Source of the DNA: Planctopirus limnophila DSM 3776
GTDB taxonomy: Bacteria; Planctomycetota; Planctomycetia; Planctomycetales; Planctomycetaceae
Direction of reading: 5' to 3'
NCBI RefSeq assembly: GCF_000092105.1
Contig: NC_014148.1
Location: 1,560,001 to 1,592,000 of the forward strand
Length of the DNA: 32,000 nt
In this document: positions 6,289 to 15,831 of the stretch, one piece after another
Numbering within the stretch: the first letter of the stretch is position 1
Layout of the letters: every line of letters starts with the position of its first letter
Position numbers and translations under genes: made by a program
The notes under the pieces: model-generated
Seen by the model: the letters and a program-made list of their open reading frames with translations, nothing else
What the model was told of the DNA's origin: nothing
Database searches by the model: none

Positions 6289-7764
6289 ATGTCCAGCGTC
6301 TTCAAACGAAATGGCAAAGGCAATTACTACGCAACGTGGTTTGACCATCTGGGAAACCGCATGACTCAATCCACGAGAACATCTGATAAAGCAGCGGCTG
6401 AAAGAATTGTGAAGCAGTGGGAAGCACAGGCTGCACTTCGTCGTGAGAATGTGATTGATCCCAGAATGGAAACCTTGACAAAGCAAGGGCAGCTTTCAGT
6501 GGAAAGCCACTTGAAAGACTTCGAGGCTTCCATGGTCTCTTCCAATCGTACGGACAAGCATGTCCAACATGTCGTGGGAGTTGTCCGCAAGATTTCAGCA
6601 GCAGCACACTTTGGACGCATCAATGAAATTTCTGCGGAAGGCGTCAACCGGTACGCTTCCTCATTGAAAGGCAAACGTTCTTTACGAACGATTCAATCCC
6701 ATCTTTCTGCCATGAAGGCATTCACGCTCTGGCTGTGGAGAAATCACAAACTTTCTGTTGACCCTCTTTCGTCTATCCGTCTGCCAGATCCAAGAAAAGA
6801 GCGTCGGAGAACCCGCCGATTTCTTTTGGTTGAAGAGTTTGATTGGTTAAAAGCGGTCACTGAGGCCAGCCCACGAGCTTTCGGGATGTCTGGTTACGCC
6901 AGAGCCTTGCTGTACGAACTGGCCATCGTTTCGGGGCTCCGTTCGGCAGAACTTCGCAGCTTGAAGAAGTCTAACTTTGTGCTGAAGACTGATCAGCCGC
7001 ACGTGTTGTGTTTGGCTCATGCCACCAAGAATCGGAAAAAGTGCCGCCAATACCTTCCATCTGATCTGGCAGCAAGATTGGATGAATTCCTGAAATCAAA
7101 GCGTGACAACGAAGTAGCCTTTGACATGCCACGCTCCGAACGTATTCCCAAAATGTTGCGTGCTGATCTTTTGGCTGCACGTAAAGCCTATCTGTCATCT
7201 GATGAAATCCATCTCCCAGAGAAACAAAAACGTCAGCAAGATGAATTCCTTTGTGATTCGACATCGGAGGGAGTTCTCGACTTTCACTCATTGCGGCACA
7301 CTTGCGGAGTTTGGCTGAGTCAGGCTGGAGCGAATCCCAAAGCCATCCAGGCAATCATGCGCCACAGCACCATTACCTTAACCATGGATACATACGGTCA
7401 TCTGCTGCCTGGAGAGCAGGCAGGGCTTGTGGATCTGGTGACTGAGTACCAAAAAGCCAAAATCGGCCACAAATCCGACGACGACCTACAGCGCAAATTA
7501 CAGCAGTCAGAGAGCGGAGCAGTGCGGAAGGTTGCGGCTGTGTGCCAGAAGGCTGACCAGTCAGCACGTGGCGACAGTCCGCATAACTCATTGCCAGAGA
7601 ACGAATTATGCGAACCCGTGCGAGCCGTTGCTGTGAGAAACGAAACTACGCCCATGTGGATTCGAACCACAGACCGTCGGATTAGAAATCCGATGCTCTA
7701 TCCAGCTGAGCTATGGGCGCGAGTCATCTTGATCGAGGATCAAGATCTGCATGTATTGCAATGA
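6289..7764 (+). CDS. int: Tyrosine site-specific recombinase (phage-type integrase) with a long C-terminal tail
   Basis: Catalytic signature: LAIVSGLRSAELRSL (Arg), HSLRHTCGVWL (H-x-x-R), MRHSTITLTMDTYGHL (His...Tyr369). N-terminal SAM-like domain. The ORF stays open for 122 codons after the catalytic Tyr and crosses tRNA-Arg on the opposite strand. Confidence 0.9.
   Translation: MSSVFKRNGKGNYYATWFDHLGNRMTQSTRTSDKAAAERIVKQWEAQAALRRENVIDPRMETLTKQGQLSVESHLKDFEASMVSSNRTDKHVQHVVGVVRKISAAAHFGRINEISAEGVNRYASSLKGKRSLRTIQSHLSAMKAFTLWLWRNHKLSVDPLSSIRLPDPRKERRRTRRFLLVEEFDWLKAVTEASPRAFGMSGYARALLYELAIVSGLRSAELRSLKKSNFVLKTDQPHVLCLAHATKNRKKCRQYLPSDLAARLDEFLKSKRDNEVAFDMPRSERIPKMLRADLLAARKAYLSSDEIHLPEKQKRQQDEFLCDSTSEGVLDFHSLRHTCGVWLSQAGANPKAIQAIMRHSTITLTMDTYGHLLPGEQAGLVDLVTEYQKAKIGHKSDDDLQRKLQQSESGAVRKVAAVCQKADQSARGDSPHNSLPENELCEPVRAVAVRNETTPMWIRTTDRRIRNPMLYPAELWARVILIEDQDLHVLQ
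7647..7720 (-). tRNA. tRNA-Arg (anticodon UCU)
   Basis: Minus strand folds by hand into a cloverleaf: GCGCCCA-TA-GCTC-AGCTGGATA-GAGC-A-TCGGA-TTTCTAA-TCCGA-CGGTC-TGTGG-TTCGAAT-CCACA-TGGGCGT-A. It has a 7-bp acceptor stem (G1-U72 wobble), a GG D-loop, a TTCGAAT T-loop and anticodon TCT. CCA is not encoded. Confidence 0.9.
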
Positions 7765-7929
7765 GAATTCGTCGATTTGGCAAGGGAGCGAAGCGTTTAT
7801 GAGATTGAGGTCTGCTGGCGGTCATTACTCTGCAGGCGATCGAGACCAGTCGCTGGTCTGATTTCGGATAGAATTTGGAGGTAATTGCCTGGGATTGGTG
7901 GTAAGTCGAACACTTCCGGAAGCGTCAGT

Positions 7930-8109
7930 ATGACTCATCATCGAAATCTGCCCACAAAACTTTGCGAGGTTTGTCGGCGGGAGTTTGCGTGGCGGAAGAA
8001 ATGGGAGTCCGTCTGGAACGACGTCAAATACTGCAGTGAGCGGTGCCGACGTTCGAAGGCTTCGCCAGAACACGCATCAACATTATCGAAGCCGCCAGTC
8101 AGCCACTAG
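7930..8109 (+). CDS. DUF2256-type small zinc-ribbon protein
   Basis: [32 protein letters not shown] matches the DUF2256 pattern recalled from memory (C-x2-C...WRKKW...YCS-x-RC). ATG at 7930 preferred over the TTG at 7885. Confidence 0.7.
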   Translation: MTHHRNLPTKLCEVCRREFAWRKKWESVWNDVKYCSERCRRSKASPEHASTLSKPPVSH

Positions 8110-8404
8110 ATCAGTGCTCAAAAGTCACCGTTTTCAAGGGTCACCTTACAGAATCGTGGACTCAGCAACTGCGATCGTGATTCATTCATCACAACGGCCA
8201 AGTCAAGCGAAACAGGCACGACTCCAGCAAGAGTGGCCCAGGAGAAAATTGGCATGACGGATTGGAGGACTTCTGGTAGTCTCACGAAATCCGGTCACAC
8301 GATTGATCGGAAATGACCTGTTCTGCACCTGATGTTGACTCGGGGGTGAGAACGAGAGGTCTCAGATAAAGTCGAGAAAATGAGGCTTTTGAGCTTCATC
8401 TGGA

Positions 8405-10459
8405 ATGGAGTTGACACGGATGTCCGAACAATGGCTGTGGAGTTCACGGGTGCGCCCCGTTGTTGATGGCTCAGGTTCTCACTCACAGAACGTGGTGGAT
8501 CGCGCGACTTACTCCGGGCGGTCAACAGGTTCACTTTTCAGTAACTCCAGTATTCAACTCCGAACGAGCCTGGCGCTGGCGTTGATGATTACCCTGATGT
8601 GCCCGGGCCGCGAAGCTCAAGCACAGGTGACTGCCAAGCAGATTCTCCAGGCTTACTCGCCTCGACAAAAGGATGTCGATTATGAGGTGCCAACGCCCGC
8701 TGATCTGGAAAAATGCCAGGTGACTGTCGAACGGCTGGGCAAAGTCTCTGGATACGTGGTGCTGGGTGCTCAGGGCCAGTTACTTCGTCGCTTCATGGAT
8801 ACCAACGGTGATAACAAAGTTGACCAGTGGCGCTACTACAATCACGGAATTGAGGTCTACCGCGACGTCGATTCCAACTTCAACGAGAAACCCGATCAGT
8901 TTCGTTATGTGAATCTGGGCGGAAGTCGCTGGGGAATCGATCAGAATGAAGATGGTAAAGTCGATTCATGGAAATCCATTTCTGCCGCAGAAGTCTCTCG
9001 AGAAGCCATCAAGTCGATGACAACTGGGGATTTTGGCCTGTTGGAGACGTTGCTGATCAATGCGGCTGATTTGCGAACTCTGGGAGTTAACGCCGCACTG
9101 CAAAAGAAAATGCTCGAGAATGTCAGCCAGCCGGAAGCCAAAGTGCGGCAGATTTTCTCCAAGTCCAGAGATTTCACACCGAAGTCTGTCTGGGTGCGAT
9201 TTGATGCATTAATGCCCGGATCCATTCCTGCGGACGACGGAAAAGCCGAGACCGATCTTCAGGTTTACGAAAATGCGATGTGCATTGTTGATAACGGTGG
9301 GGGCAAGACCGCGCTGATTCAGTTAGGGGAACTGGTACGCGTGGGCGATGCCTGGAAATTGACTCAGATCCCTGAACCGATTGGAAGCGATTCGATTACC
9401 GTCGCAGGTGGTGTGTTGATGCAGCCACTCTTGGCCAGCGCTGAAAGTGCGGCTCCCTCGGTCTCCCCGGAAATGCAGGCTTTGCTGGATAAGCTACAGA
9501 AACTGGATGCTTCCTCGGCTTCCCTGGCTGGCACACCGGAAGCCATGGCGAAGTTCAACAATGCTCGCATTGAACTGCTCCTGCAGATCGTGAATGCCAC
9601 CACTTCTGAAGATGACAAAGAGCAGTGGATGCAGCAATTGGCCGATGGTTATGCCGCTGCTATTCAGACGGGCCAGGGTGGAGACAGTCTGGATCGATTA
9701 AAGGATATGGAAACGAAGCTCAAAAAAGATGCAGCAGCTTCCCCACTGGTGCCTTATGTCACTTACCGTCGCATGTTGGCCCAGTACAGCGTCGAAATGA
9801 ATACCGCGAATGAGGCCAAGCGGGCGGATATTCAGAAAGCATGGCTGGAAAGCCTCGAAGGATTCATTACGACCTATCCGAACTCAGAAGATGCCAGCGA
9901 AGCGATGCTGCAACTGGCGATTACCGAAGAGTTCAATGGCCGTATCAAAGAAGCCGTCGCCTGGTACAGCAAGCTGGCAGCGGCACAGCCTCAATCCATC
10001 GCGGGGAAAAGGGCCGCTGGTGCAGTAACTCGAATTCAACTCAATGGGCAGCCACTGAAGCTTTCGGGAACTTTGCTTGAGGGTGGGAGTTTCAATGTAT
10101 CGCAACTGAAAGGGAAGGCAGTTCTGGTGGTCTACTGGGCCACATGGTGCCAGCCTTGTGCAGCCGATCTCCCTCAGATTCGAGCCCTTTACGAACAGTA
10201 TCGCGCACAGGGATTTGAAATTGTAGGCGTCTGCCTTGATGTGGATACGTCACCTCAGGACGTGAACAAATTCCGCGTGGAAAACAAGATGCGCTGGCCG
10301 CAGATCTACGAGCGAGGTGGTCTGGAAAGTCCGGCGGCTGTCCAACTGGGTGTCATCACATTGCCTACGATGATTCTGACAGATCGAGCTGGTCGTGTGG
10401 TGAACCGTGGAGCCACAGTTCAGGATTTGAAGACGACTTTACCCCAGATCCTGAAGTAA
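8405..10459 (+). CDS. Secreted multidomain TlpA-like thiol-disulfide oxidoreductase (thioredoxin fold at C-terminus)
   Basis: C-terminal VLVVYWATWCQPCAADLPQIRALYEQYRAQGFEIVGVCLD is the redoxin/TlpA WCxxC motif. A signal-like segment LRTSLALALMITLMCPGREAQA lies about 55 residues into the ORF, so the true start may be downstream (for example GTG near 8490). The middle is TPR-like and helical. Confidence 0.85.
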   Translation: MELTRMSEQWLWSSRVRPVVDGSGSHSQNVVDRATYSGRSTGSLFSNSSIQLRTSLALALMITLMCPGREAQAQVTAKQILQAYSPRQKDVDYEVPTPADLEKCQVTVERLGKVSGYVVLGAQGQLLRRFMDTNGDNKVDQWRYYNHGIEVYRDVDSNFNEKPDQFRYVNLGGSRWGIDQNEDGKVDSWKSISAAEVSREAIKSMTTGDFGLLETLLINAADLRTLGVNAALQKKMLENVSQPEAKVRQIFSKSRDFTPKSVWVRFDALMPGSIPADDGKAETDLQVYENAMCIVDNGGGKTALIQLGELVRVGDAWKLTQIPEPIGSDSITVAGGVLMQPLLASAESAAPSVSPEMQALLDKLQKLDASSASLAGTPEAMAKFNNARIELLLQIVNATTSEDDKEQWMQQLADGYAAAIQTGQGGDSLDRLKDMETKLKKDAAASPLVPYVTYRRMLAQYSVEMNTANEAKRADIQKAWLESLEGFITTYPNSEDASEAMLQLAITEEFNGRIKEAVAWYSKLAAAQPQSIAGKRAAGAVTRIQLNGQPLKLSGTLLEGGSFNVSQLKGKAVLVVYWATWCQPCAADLPQIRALYEQYRAQGFEIVGVCLDVDTSPQDVNKFRVENKMRWPQIYERGGLESPAAVQLGVITLPTMILTDRAGRVVNRGATVQDLKTTLPQILK

Positions 10460-10654
10460 GTATCGACGCGAGACTTTCTACAAGACTTGGTAACGCCGAT
10501 ATCGAACTCTCTTCTTGTTGAGATTTTCGTTGGGTTGTTTCCGCAGGCTTTTAAAAATGGGTATGCCATGGATTGGCTGAGAGCATGGATTCGACCAATC
10601 AAGAAGCCGATTCAGCAGGCGATCATTCAGAGTCATCGGCGCTCTGGCCGGATC

Positions 10655-11824
10655 ATGCTGAGTGACACCACCCTTCGCGATGGTGAGCAGATGCCCGGAG
10701 CGACCCTGGAGCCCGAAGAGAAACGAGAAATTGCTCTGGCTCTCGAAGCTGCCGGGATTCACTCGCTTGATGCAGGCTTTCCCGCCAGTTCTCAACAGGA
10801 TTTTGATGCGATTCGACTGATGGCCCAGGTGATCAAACGGCCTGTGATGACGGCCCTTTGCCGAACAGTCGAGGGAGATGTTGACGCCGCGGATGAGGCT
10901 TTAGCCGGTCTGGCACCTCATAAAAGAGGGGTGAGTCTGTTCATTGGGACCAGTCCTCTGCATCGGGAATATAAGCTCAGAAAATCTCGCACTGAGGTTC
11001 TCTCGATCATTGATCGATCGGTACGGTACGCCTCGAAAAAGTTTGATATTGTGGCCTTCAGCCCGGAAGATGCCAGTCGGACAGAAGCAGACTTTCTGGT
11101 GGAATGCTACGAAACAGCCATCCAGGCCGGTGCGACAACCATCGGCTATCCGGATACCGTCGGTGTTCTGACACCTGAGAGGGCGTACGTTGCCATTCGT
11201 CATGTGATGGAGCATGTTCCATCGATTAGGAAAGTTCTGGTTGCGGTGCACATGCACAATGATCTGGGCCTCGCGGTGGCGAACAGCCTGGCTGGATTAA
11301 CGGCTGGTGCTCACATTGTGCAATGCACAGTTAATGGGATTGGTGAGCGGGCCGGAAATGCAGCCTTGGAAGAAGTGGCCATGGCGCTCTATGTCAATCA
11401 GGAGCAGTATGGCCGTGCAGTGAAGCTCAACTATGAGTCACTCTTTCCGCTCTGCCAGTTGGTCGCGAAAAAGACTGGCGTACCGATGGCTTTGAATAAA
11501 CCCGTGGCAGGCCGCACGATTTTTGCGACAGAAGCCGGAATTCATCAGGACGGCCTGCTCAAGCATCCGGATACTTATTTGCCCTATCGGCCGGAAGTCG
11601 TCGGAGGTCCCGCGATTGAACTTGTGCTGGGGAGGCATAGTGGCAAAGGTGCCGTGGCTCATCATCTGCAGAATCTGGGGTATCAGGCGACCGATGCCCA
11701 TGTGATGTTCATTCTCAATCAGATTAAAGGCATGCCTCGCGGCGCATTGATTGACAAGGCACAGATCCACGAGTGGATGAATCAAAAGCCTCATCATGCG
11801 GAAACAGGCATTAAAGTAGCTTGA
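10655..11824 (+). CDS. HMGL-like 2-isopropylmalate / homocitrate / citramalate synthase family protein (short form, no LeuA regulatory domain)
   Basis: [18 protein letters not shown]...[22 protein letters not shown], plus [21 protein letters not shown] and [17 protein letters not shown]. Start placed at the Met just before the LRDGEQ motif; the longest ORF begins at 10487. Confidence 0.85.
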   Translation: MLSDTTLRDGEQMPGATLEPEEKREIALALEAAGIHSLDAGFPASSQQDFDAIRLMAQVIKRPVMTALCRTVEGDVDAADEALAGLAPHKRGVSLFIGTSPLHREYKLRKSRTEVLSIIDRSVRYASKKFDIVAFSPEDASRTEADFLVECYETAIQAGATTIGYPDTVGVLTPERAYVAIRHVMEHVPSIRKVLVAVHMHNDLGLAVANSLAGLTAGAHIVQCTVNGIGERAGNAALEEVAMALYVNQEQYGRAVKLNYESLFPLCQLVAKKTGVPMALNKPVAGRTIFATEAGIHQDGLLKHPDTYLPYRPEVVGGPAIELVLGRHSGKGAVAHHLQNLGYQATDAHVMFILNQIKGMPRGALIDKAQIHEWMNQKPHHAETGIKVA

Positions 11825-11861
11825 AACAGCGATCCGAGGGCTTTGAAAGCAATTGGGTAAG

Positions 11862-12281
11862 TTATTTCTTCCGGGAACCAGAAGTTTGTCTGCGGTTCGA
11901 AGTGAGCTGACCCGTGGCAAATTCTTCACGGCGGGTACGGCTGCCCACACCGATGGTGCGAAATGGAAGTGCTGCCATCTCGCCGACGCGAGGCATGGGC
12001 GTCCCGCGGTAATACACCCGGCGGATCGTATTCCCGTAGAAGTGCAAGGGACGGTAAGGCCTCAGCTCGATAGGCGTCGCATCGATCTGTGTTCTCAATG
12101 GGCCGGTCGCCACTACAACGGGAAGCCAGCCTGGCTCCTCGAGTGATGTTTCATTCGCCAGGGCGGTGGAGGCTGTCCCCACCAGCATCAGCAGCATGGC
12201 TGGTAATGTGCACAGGGAAGAAGTTCGAGAAACTTTTTGTGAGCAGCCAGGGAACCCGAGGTGAGATGAGTGCTTGAACAT
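11862..12281 (-). CDS. Hypothetical small secreted protein
   Basis: ORF 11862..12371. The internal Met at 12281 gives a signal-peptide-like LCTLPAMLLMLVGTASTALA followed by a basic C-terminal half. Competes with an antisense 97-aa ORF. No family recognised. Confidence 0.4.
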   Translation of the reverse strand: MFKHSSHLGFPGCSQKVSRTSSLCTLPAMLLMLVGTASTALANETSLEEPGWLPVVVATGPLRTQIDATPIELRPYRPLHFYGNTIRRVYYRGTPMPRVGEMAALPFRTIGVGSRTRREEFATGQLTSNRRQTSGSRKK

Positions 12282-12632
12282 AGGCTCATTTTGTGATGTG
12301 CTGCCGACCTGAAACACAGATGTTTCTCTTTCCGTCTGGAAATGAAGATGCATGCTCGAGACCTTCGCCAAGCTCTACAACGTTGATTCGCAATGAACAT
12401 CGGATCTTCGATCAGCGAGTGAGAACCTTTGCTGGGCGATCAGTGGCAAAAACCGCCTGACGCTTGACGATGCCGAAAAAGAACTTATGACCGTTAAAAT
12501 TGATCATGCTGCTCCCCGTTGTTTGAAGTTCCATTTGGTTGGAACTGTGGCCGGTGATTGAAAAGCCGCCAGTGACTTGGGGATCGAGTGAATCATTTGT
12601 AGGCTGTTTACGGGATATAGGGCTTGTAATCC

Positions 12633-14972
12633 ATGCACGGGTTGCAGCCACTCAGTTCAGCATTCAGGGAGGAAAGCTTGGTCAGTATGGTGGACGTTAC
12701 TGATTTGGCTGATTGCGAAATCACCCGTGAAAAACTCGATCAAGCTTCGAGTTCTCAATTCGTCGCTCAAGGTTCCTGCCTCAATGAAGCTCGTTTGTTA
12801 CTTCAACGACTTTGGGGATACGAAGATTTTCGGCCTCTTCAAGAACAGGTGATTCAAGCTTTGCTCGCTGGGCGGGAAAGTGTCGTGGTGCTTCCCACGG
12901 GCGGCGGGAAATCACTGTGCTACCAGGTTCCCGCTCTGTTAAAGCCAGGCCTGGCGATTGTCGTTTCACCGTTGATTTCACTGATGTTTGATCAGGTGTC
13001 GTCACTTCAGGAAGTAGGTGTTGCAGCTGCGGCCATTCACAGCGGGTTGTCCAATCAGGAGCGGCAGCAGATTGCCGGTCAGATCCGCTCGGGTGAACTT
13101 CGATTGCTCTACCTTTCTCCTGAGCGATTGATGACCGACCGGATGTTGGGCTTTCTCGAGCAAGTCCCGCTTTCCATGCTGGCCATTGATGAAGCTCACT
13201 GCATCAGTGACTGGGGACACGATTTTCGCCCGGAATATCGGATGCTTTCGGGCTTGAAAGATCGCTTTCCACAACTCCCCATCCATGCATTTACGGCAAC
13301 CGCCACACAGGAAGTTCGTCAGGATATCGCCCGGCAACTCGGCCTGGCCAATCCTCAATTCCATGTCGGATCATTTGATCGACCGAATTTGATCTACCGG
13401 GTCATCCCCAGAGAAGATCGAGATCAGCAGGTGATTTCGACCATCCGGCGGCATCCCGGAGAATCAGGTGTCGTCTACTGTCTCCGCAGAAAAGATGTCG
13501 ACGATGTAACGACGATGCTCAAGCAGGCCGGATTTCGAGCACTCCCTTACCATGCCGGTCTGCCCGATGAAGAGCGGCATGCCAACCAGCATGCATTTCT
13601 CAATGATCATGTCGAGATCATCGTCGCGACAGTCGCCTTTGGCATGGGGATTGATAAGTCGGATGTCCGGTTCGTCATCCACACCGGTGCACCAAAATCT
13701 TTAGAAGCTTACCAGCAGGAAAGTGGTCGGGCAGGTCGCGATGGACTCGATGCCGAGTGCTGGCTCTTTTATGCCCAGGGGGATTTTGCTTTATGGCGTA
13801 GCTTGCAGGCTAATCTTCCAGAGAAGGCTCAACAGACAGCGCAGCAGGTCCTGGCTGGAATGGAAGGGTTCTGCCAATCGACAAAATGTCGACATCGAGC
13901 GATTATCGAATACTTTGGACAGGCGGGGGAATCGGGTGAATGTGGTGCCTGCGATATCTGTCTGGGCGAACTGACGGAAGTTGAAGATTCGTTGGTGGTC
14001 TCGCAAATGATTCTCTCTTGTGTCGTAAGAGTCGAACAAAGTTTCGGGGCAGATCATGTTTGTAAAGTGCTGGTGGGATCGCGCGCCAAAAACATCCTTA
14101 ATCGTGGGCATGACCAACTGAGCACATTTGGATTGTTGAAGGGCGTGGACTTGAAAGTCCTGCGCCATTGGATCGAGCAACTCATCTCGCAAAGTTTTCT
14201 CGAACGATATGGCGAGTACGGCCTCCTGCGGGTCACGCCGGCAGGTCGGCTTGTTTTGAAGGGTGTCCAGAGCCCGCAATTACTCGTCGCGAATTCGACC
14301 TCGTTCAGACAGACAGGTGTTGCTCAAGTGGCGTGGGCAGGTGTTGATCGTGAACTCTTCGAAGAGTTGCGTGATTTGCGAAGGCAACTGGCAACAGAGC
14401 GTGGAGTGCCCCCATTTATCATTTTCGGAGATGCTCCACTGCGGGAGATGGCGGCTGTCCGTCCGTTGAGTACGATCAGTTTTCGACAGATTCGTGGGAT
14501 TGGAGATAAAAAGACCAGCCTGTACGGCGAGGTCTTTGTCGCTGTGATTTCGCGGTATTGTCACGAACGCAATCTGGCTGGCGATCAGTTTGCCGTGAGA
14601 GAACAAAGTCAAAACTCTCCACCGGCAACTGTCGATCAAAGCCCGCCGATCAAGCGAGAGCCCGGAGAGATCCAGAAGCGAGCATATGAATTGTTCTCCA
14701 GCGGGCAGGAGCTTGAGGCTGTGGCAAAAGTTCTAGAGCGAAGCCGATCCACTGTCGCGCAATATCTGGAAGAATACATTCTGGATCGGGGACTGCAGGA
14801 TGGTCTCCCGTGGGTTGAAAAGAGCGAGTTCTCTCAGATTGAGGGAGCTTTCGAGGCAGAGGATCACCGCCGATTGAAGCCCGCGTTTGACCGGCTGAAT
14901 GGTCAGGTCACCTACGAAAAATTGCGAGTCGTGCGCGCCTGCCTGCAGAATCGCGGCCACTGGCCCAAGTGA
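12633..14972 (+). CDS. recQ: ATP-dependent DNA helicase RecQ with a C-terminal HTH-like extension
   Basis: Motifs VLPTGGGKSLCYQVPAL (Walker A), DEAHCISDWGHDFRPEY (DEAH box), the RQC zinc cluster CRHRAIIEYFG...CGACDICLG, and an HRDC-like ELRDLRRQLATERGVPPFIIFGDAPLREMA. About 140 extra residues follow. Start is uncertain (12633 or 12687). Confidence 0.95.
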   Translation: MHGLQPLSSAFREESLVSMVDVTDLADCEITREKLDQASSSQFVAQGSCLNEARLLLQRLWGYEDFRPLQEQVIQALLAGRESVVVLPTGGGKSLCYQVPALLKPGLAIVVSPLISLMFDQVSSLQEVGVAAAAIHSGLSNQERQQIAGQIRSGELRLLYLSPERLMTDRMLGFLEQVPLSMLAIDEAHCISDWGHDFRPEYRMLSGLKDRFPQLPIHAFTATATQEVRQDIARQLGLANPQFHVGSFDRPNLIYRVIPREDRDQQVISTIRRHPGESGVVYCLRRKDVDDVTTMLKQAGFRALPYHAGLPDEERHANQHAFLNDHVEIIVATVAFGMGIDKSDVRFVIHTGAPKSLEAYQQESGRAGRDGLDAECWLFYAQGDFALWRSLQANLPEKAQQTAQQVLAGMEGFCQSTKCRHRAIIEYFGQAGESGECGACDICLGELTEVEDSLVVSQMILSCVVRVEQSFGADHVCKVLVGSRAKNILNRGHDQLSTFGLLKGVDLKVLRHWIEQLISQSFLERYGEYGLLRVTPAGRLVLKGVQSPQLLVANSTSFRQTGVAQVAWAGVDRELFEELRDLRRQLATERGVPPFIIFGDAPLREMAAVRPLSTISFRQIRGIGDKKTSLYGEVFVAVISRYCHERNLAGDQFAVREQSQNSPPATVDQSPPIKREPGEIQKRAYELFSSGQELEAVAKVLERSRSTVAQYLEEYILDRGLQDGLPWVEKSEFSQIEGAFEAEDHRRLKPAFDRLNGQVTYEKLRVVRACLQNRGHWPK

Positions 14973-15251
14973 TTTTCATTCGTAAGGATTCAGAATGAAG
15001 ACGGGCAGATCGGGCATTGCCAAACTGACATTTTGGCTGTCAAAATGGCGGCTTTGAAACGTCCTGCCAAGATGGCGTTTGTCGTAAGTGTTCATCAAAT
15101 TTCAGGATACATTTCGGAGAATTTTTGGGAATGCCGTTTGCGTTTTTGCTGGAACGTCTGAGTTCCGGGGGCACGGGCACCAACAATCAGACATCAAATC
15201 AAGAGTGGTTTTCTTTTCTAAGTTGCCCGTGGACAAGTCAAGGAGATCGTC

Positions 15252-15746
15252 ATGATTCCAGCAGTTCAAAACTCAAATGGCCGACATCTGGTGGCAGCTT
15301 TGCCAGGGCATCGGCTGTCCCCAGTCTTCGACCGATTGTTCGAAGACTTTCTCGCTCCAGCGTCCCAGTCTTGGACTGGTTTTCCCTCCAGTCTCTGGGA
15401 AGATGAAGGAGCGATTCATTTTGAAATGGATCTCCCTGGCATCCACGAAGCGGATCTTGAGATCACAGTGCATGAAGACCATCTCGTGGTGAAGGGCGAA
15501 CGCAAGGCACCTGCGGAAAAGCATCAAAACGATCAGAGGGTCTATGGTCAGTTTGAACAGCGCGTCAAATTGATCGCAGCAGTGGATCTGGCGCAGATCG
15601 AAGCCTCTCTCCATCAGGGAGTGCTGCATGTCAAGCTGCCCAAGAGTCAAGCCGCCAAGCCATTCCGAGTGACGTTGCAATCGACCGGCAATTGCCAATC
15701 ACAGATGGGAATGGTCAATCAGGATTTGACGAGCGGCAATCAATAG
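15252..15746 (+). CDS. Hsp20 / alpha-crystallin family small heat-shock protein
   Basis: Alpha-crystallin core AIHFEMDLPGIHEADLEITVHEDHLVVKGERK...YGQFEQRVKL...ASLHQGVLHVKLPK. aggaga lies 7 nt upstream of the ATG. Confidence 0.9.
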   Translation: MIPAVQNSNGRHLVAALPGHRLSPVFDRLFEDFLAPASQSWTGFPSSLWEDEGAIHFEMDLPGIHEADLEITVHEDHLVVKGERKAPAEKHQNDQRVYGQFEQRVKLIAAVDLAQIEASLHQGVLHVKLPKSQAAKPFRVTLQSTGNCQSQMGMVNQDLTSGNQ

Positions 15747-15799
15747 CTCATTGCCTGAGTGACGGATTCAATGGGAAATTTGCCGTTCAGTTCTTACGG

Positions 15800-15831
15800 A
15801 GGCCCGCAGTTCTGTGGGCCTTCTTGTATTT
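15800..15831 (+). terminator. Probable intrinsic terminator downstream of hsp20
   Basis: aggcccgca-gttc-tgtgggcct forms a 9-bp GC-rich stem with one G-U pair, followed by ttcttgtattt. Confidence 0.55.

Larger units (their letters stand above)
1..7720. mobile_element. tRNA-Arg-associated genomic island (integrative element); left boundary lies outside the window
   Basis: A tyrosine integrase lies directly next to, and overlaps, the 3' end of tRNA-Arg(UCU). An excisionase-type HTH gene, orphan ORFs and Type I R-M genes follow. Spot counts of single 60-nt lines in the hsdS part give about 30-40% GC, against about 50% or more in core genes further right. No second att copy is visible, so the far end is beyond nt 1. 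Confidence 0.7.

Noticed and set aside
12412-12651. 79-aa minus-strand ORF upstream of recQ.
   Set aside because: Low-complexity sequence, overlaps the recQ start region, and has no motifs or signal peptide.
15051-15090. Sigma-32-like -35 element (ctttgaaa) upstream of hsp20.
   Set aside because: No CCCCAT-type -10 element lies at the expected 13-17 nt spacing, and no CIRCE inverted repeat is present.
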